A stretch of DNA of 64,000 nucleotides from a virus, in the IMG/VR virus record IMGVR_UViG_3300032304_000672, positions 1-64,000 of that record; one strand, written 5' to 3'. The notes under the pieces are model-generated. The model worked only from the letters and a program-made list of their open reading frames with translations, searched no databases and was not told where the DNA came from. The translations under genes were made by a program, and so were the position numbers. Below, piece after piece: positions 61,944 through 64,000 of the stretch. How positions within the stretch are numbered: position 1 is the first letter of the stretch; each line of letters starts with the position of its first letter.

Positions 61944-62696
61944 ATGGCACAAAATACAGGTAATGCTAGAAACATTCTCGTAGGTGCATCCCCATTGTTT
62001 ATTTCGAATATCGATTCAACATCAGCAGGATATGCAACATACGAAAACTCAGAACCAGGATCAGCCAACGCAGGTGCGCTTGTACCAGGAACATCCTATA
62101 CAGACACACTTAACGGCATTGATTCAGGTACATTCTACTACAGAAACGTAGGATTTACTAACAATGGTTTGCAAATTACTTACAACCCAACATATGATTC
62201 AGTAACAGTGGATCAGCTTCTTGATACAGCTAAGCTGTTCAAGTCTGCTATGGAGGTCATGATCGCAACTGAAATGTCAGAAGGTACACTAGAAAACGTT
62301 CTAGTAGTATTCGGACAGCCAGACGATCCAACAAACAACTCTGCAATTACTCAGGATAATACAATTATCAAGAGTGGCGCAGGAACATCACACAAGACTA
62401 CACTAGGACTTGCAGCAGGAGCTCTCGGTATTGCACCAACAGAGCGTCAGCTTATTGCAGTTGGTCAAGCACCAACAAGACTAGCTTCAGGAGTTTCTCT
62501 TGCAGAAACTAACGTGGCAAAATCAGAGCGTGTATACTATGGGCGTCGTGTCCTTTCAGTACAGCAATCAGCTTTCACACTAGCTAGATCAGCCCCAACT
62601 ACATTCCCAGTAACATTCCGTCTTCTTCCAACCGCTACTAGCGGATACGAAGGACAAGAGTACGGTAAGATTATTGACCGTGTACTAACAGTATAA
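61944..62696 (+). CDS. Major tail (tube) protein
   Basis: NILVGA, VGFT..G, VDQ and E.TLEN motifs; strong RBS; terminator at 62717-62743. Confidence 0.85.
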   Translation: MAQNTGNARNILVGASPLFISNIDSTSAGYATYENSEPGSANAGALVPGTSYTDTLNGIDSGTFYYRNVGFTNNGLQITYNPTYDSVTVDQLLDTAKLFKSAMEVMIATEMSEGTLENVLVVFGQPDDPTNNSAITQDNTIIKSGAGTSHKTTLGLAAGALGIAPTERQLIAVGQAPTRLASGVSLAETNVAKSERVYYGRRVLSVQQSAFTLARSAPTTFPVTFRLLPTATSGYEGQEYGKIIDRVLTV

Positions 62697-62805
62697 TAAT
62701 TTATTAATTATTCTACAGGGCCCCCAAGAAATTGGGGGCTTTTGTGGTTGTATTAGTATATTTCTTTTAGTATAATGAATATGACTAGATCCTAGGAGGA
62801 TTAAA

Positions 62806-63470
62806 TTGGCAACAACAGTATATGACGTAGAAGAGGTTCAGCTACAAAACGGGCAGACCGTAAAGCTAAAGCCTTTATCAATTAAAGAACTTCGTAAGTT
62901 CATGATAGCAATTAAGAAGACAGCAGAATCTCAAACAGAAGATGACACTCTAAACATCCTAATTGATGCATGTGCAATTGCACTAGAAAAGCAGCTTCCA
63001 GAATTGGTCGCAGACAGAGAAGCATTTGAAGATGCTATCGATGTACCAACAATGAATCGCATACTTGAAGTTTGCGGAGGAATTAAACTTGACGACCCAA
63101 ACCTACTAGCGGCAGCGGTTCTGGCTGGTCAGAACTAGATTTAGCCGCTTTAGAAGGAGAAGTTTTCGTACTTGGACATTGGAAGAATTACGAAGAACTT
63201 GAAGAAAATTTATCAATGCCAGAACTTATAAATACTCTGCAGGCTTTAAAGAAAAAGGATTACGAAGATAAAAAATTCTTTGCATCTTTAAAGGGAATAG
63301 ATATAGGTGATAATCAAAATGATAAAAATGGAGGTCCTACTTTCGAAGACATGGAGTTAAGGGCAGCAGGAATAAATGCAGCAGGTAACGATGTGGTTTC
63401 TTTACAAGGAAGATTCGCAGCTCAGGCTGGTTTTGGAATTGGTGAAGGATTAGGATACTCAAGGGAGTAG
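62806..63470 (+). CDS. Tail assembly chaperone (short form 62806-63138; long form via -1 frameshift to 63470)
   Basis: Slippery heptamer C CCA AAC at 63096-63102; the -1 frame is open into 63216-63470. Confidence 0.85.
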
Positions 63471-63481
63471 TTTGAATATAA

Positions 63482-64000
63482 ATGGCTGACGAAACAATCA
63501 GTACCCGAATAGTCGCTAATGCCGACTTCTCATCCCTTATTGCCGATGTGCATAAGGTTACTGCCAGCCTATCCAAATTACAGGAACAATTAGCTAACTC
63601 CAATAAAATGATGGCAAATCAAATTGCTGTCATGAATAGATCTTTTTCAGATACACTAAGAAGCACTGGCCAGTTCTCGACACACTTTGTAAGTCTTCAG
63701 TCAGATGTAGAAAAGTTTGGTAAAAATCTTGATGGTGGAAAGCTAAAGCTAAATCAATATTTTAATACTTTTAGAGATCAAGCTAGAACATCTGGCGGAC
63801 TTATAAGAGATCTGGCAAAACAACAAGTAGCCCTACAAAATTCAGTATTACAACCGCTAGGCAGAAACGCACAAGGATTAATGCAATTCAATGTGCATGT
63901 TCCAAGAGGGCTAGATGAAGTAAAGAATAAGACTGCAATTGCAAGACAAGAATTGCAGATTATGAATAAAGTTATTCAAGATGGTGCAACTGGACTTATT
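63482..64000 (+). CDS. Tape measure protein (5' part)
   Basis: ATG at 63482, open to the window end; helical; follows the chaperone. Confidence 0.85.
   Translation, partial: MADETISTRIVANADFSSLIADVHKVTASLSKLQEQLANSNKMMANQIAVMNRSFSDTLRSTGQFSTHFVSLQSDVEKFGKNLDGGKLKLNQYFNTFRDQARTSGGLIRDLAKQQVALQNSVLQPLGRNAQGLMQFNVHVPRGLDEVKNKTAIARQELQIMNKVIQDGATGLI

Overview
A 64 kb internal segment of a large, AT-rich tailed dsDNA phage with a siphovirus-type morphogenesis module. The host is very likely an actinobacterium, probably a low-GC freshwater acI/Nanopelagicales-like lineage. This is inferred from WhiB, an Lsr2-like mini-gene, many leaderless genes, GAAAGG Shine-Dalgarno motifs and an Ala/Thr-rich secreted protein. 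Layout: (1) 1-12.2 kb, + strand: lysis and accessory genes (CHAP amidase, WhiB, Ntn protease, S8 protease, thioredoxin, GroES). (2) 12.7-25.8 kb, - strand: an early-type island of small genes and micro-ORFs plus tRNA-Asp. (3) 26-32.5 kb: HNH, three tRNAs, lytic transglycosylase, GT4, class II RNR and a holin-like gene. (4) 32.5-54 kb: paralogous fibre and Gly-rich virion modules interleaved with 2OG-Fe(II) oxygenases. (5) 54.5-64 kb: portal, protease/scaffold, major capsid, neck, tail tube, -1 frameshifted tail chaperone and the start of the tape measure gene. The most unusual signal is the non-coding grammar of the early island. It has 16 promoters matching the actinobacterial PafBC/RecA-NDp DNA-damage motif (TGTCRG-N10-TA-N3-T) and helically phased CRP/GlxR sites upstream of them. 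It also has DnaA boxes, GACAC (WhiA-like) boxes and a 10-copy fixed-spacing scaffold (RGGG-N16-CGTAA-N13-CCC...GCGGGC). Two candidate sRNAs are complementary to phage mRNA leaders, one of them to the shared early-gene RBS. All motifs were found and counted by eye, so coordinates may be off by 1-2 nt. No database searches were run.
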